Below, one piece after another: positions 62,961 to 64,000 of a stretch of 64,000 nt of DNA. The stretch is from NCBI RefSeq assembly GCF_036321535.1, contig NC_087436.1, forward strand, positions 17,050,001 to 17,114,000. Reading direction: 5' to 3'. The stretch is from Camelus dromedarius. Lineage: Eukaryota. Below the pieces are notes generated by a model, which was not told the origin of the DNA, did not search any database, and worked only from the letters and a program-made list of their open reading frames with translations. A program made the position numbers and the translations under genes. How positions within the stretch are numbered: the stretch's first letter is position 1; each line of letters opens with the position of its first letter.

Positions 62961-64000
62961 CTGACCACCAAAGAAAGCCATCCTTCTGCCCTAATTCATG
63001 GCACCCCTCCCATTTTCTCCTTGTCCACTCAAAGTTTAGCTAGTTTTCTCAGCAACCAGTCGTAGGGTTACCTTATAACCTTTCCCAGAAAAACCATCCT
63101 TAGTGCTTTTTTTCTTCTGCCAGAGTGAATGTACATCATTTATTTGTGTGTTTGATGATGCTATTTGGCACCAGTTTACACTGACCCCAATCAGTTGTTT
63201 CATGTGCATAACTTTAACTGATGAGAAAAACAACAACAACAAAGAAGATTCCTGAGAGCAAAGATTATGCTATGTGCCTAAACCTACCACACATTTTTGA
63301 GAAATGCTCTTTTTATTCAGAGGCTTTTAAACTAGACTGCTCAACCAGGCAGAAGAGGCTAGCAAGGGTTTTACCAAAAATGAAAGGCATCAGTCTTGGA
63401 TTCTACAAGTACTGGAAAATATATAGACAGTAGCAGGTCACAAAAAAAGCTAATGAAAAAAACAAATCATCTAAACTAAACAATTGTGAGAGTAAAGGCA
63501 GTACCCAAAATGGCTAAAATTTGTTATTTTTCAATTAACTAATTTTATTAGATTGGTGGTTCTATAAAATAATTCTATTGAAAACTATTTTTAAACACAA
63601 AATTCTTAAAAAAAATAGCATACATCTATATGCCTTAATGTAACATACCAAAATCTTTTTTATTGATTATTTGAACATTAAAAATAAGATAAGCAGAATA
63701 TTTGTTCTTGTTATTAATTTACATTTTAAAATCACACATGTTAATGAATTACATAGCTGTAATTCTTTAATACAATGCCACTGGTATTTTTCTCAAATCA
63801 GGTCTCATTTTTATTTTTTTTCATAAAATTGCCCACAATATCTTCTAAATTGCACTTTATGATTAACAAATTTAAAATTGACATATTCCATTGAATGTTC
63901 TCCATGGATTACATTATTTGGAATTAAGAAAACATTCTTTTTGTATGTGCTGACATAAATAAGCTCAGGGCAAATTCTGCTAAATGGAGAATATTCTCGA

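Noticed and set aside
1..64000. Prokaryotic-type systems (CRISPR array, operon, defence island), rRNA genes or a CpG-island promoter
   Set aside because: The sequence is mammalian intron/intergenic DNA; I saw no repeat-spacer array, rRNA similarity, long intact ORF or CpG island.

Overview
Mammalian, AT-rich, repeat-dense genomic DNA, most likely camelid: it carries three copies of a tRNA-Ala(AGC)-derived SINE of the Vic-1 type plus cetartiodactyl-style L1 3' ends. The only host coding sequence I can support is a terminal exon on the + strand (acceptor AG 53153-53154, CDS 53155-53258, ...SGHPVLKRANIRIVGKLVARSMRERKMRQHYLS*, AATAAA at 53557). From memory I recognise it as the IQCM C-terminus, so bases 1-53154 are probably the distal part of its long last intron and the last ~10 kb is downstream flank. 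The ORF track missed this exon; its listed ORFs are L1 remnants or chance ORFs. The rest is L1, L2, MIR, hAT DNA transposon and solo-LTR relics plus microsatellites. Repeat family names come from recalled consensus sequences, not a search, and old-repeat boundaries are approximate. I found no convincing new biological system. The most unusual items are an ORF2-less 'half-L1' (5'UTR+ORF1+3' tail, 56689-58950), a tail-less internal L1 endonuclease fragment between perfect 15-bp direct repeats (47492-47930), and a well-preserved solo LTR with a perfect 5-bp target-site duplication (TSD) pointing back at the IQCM 3' end (60090-60598).
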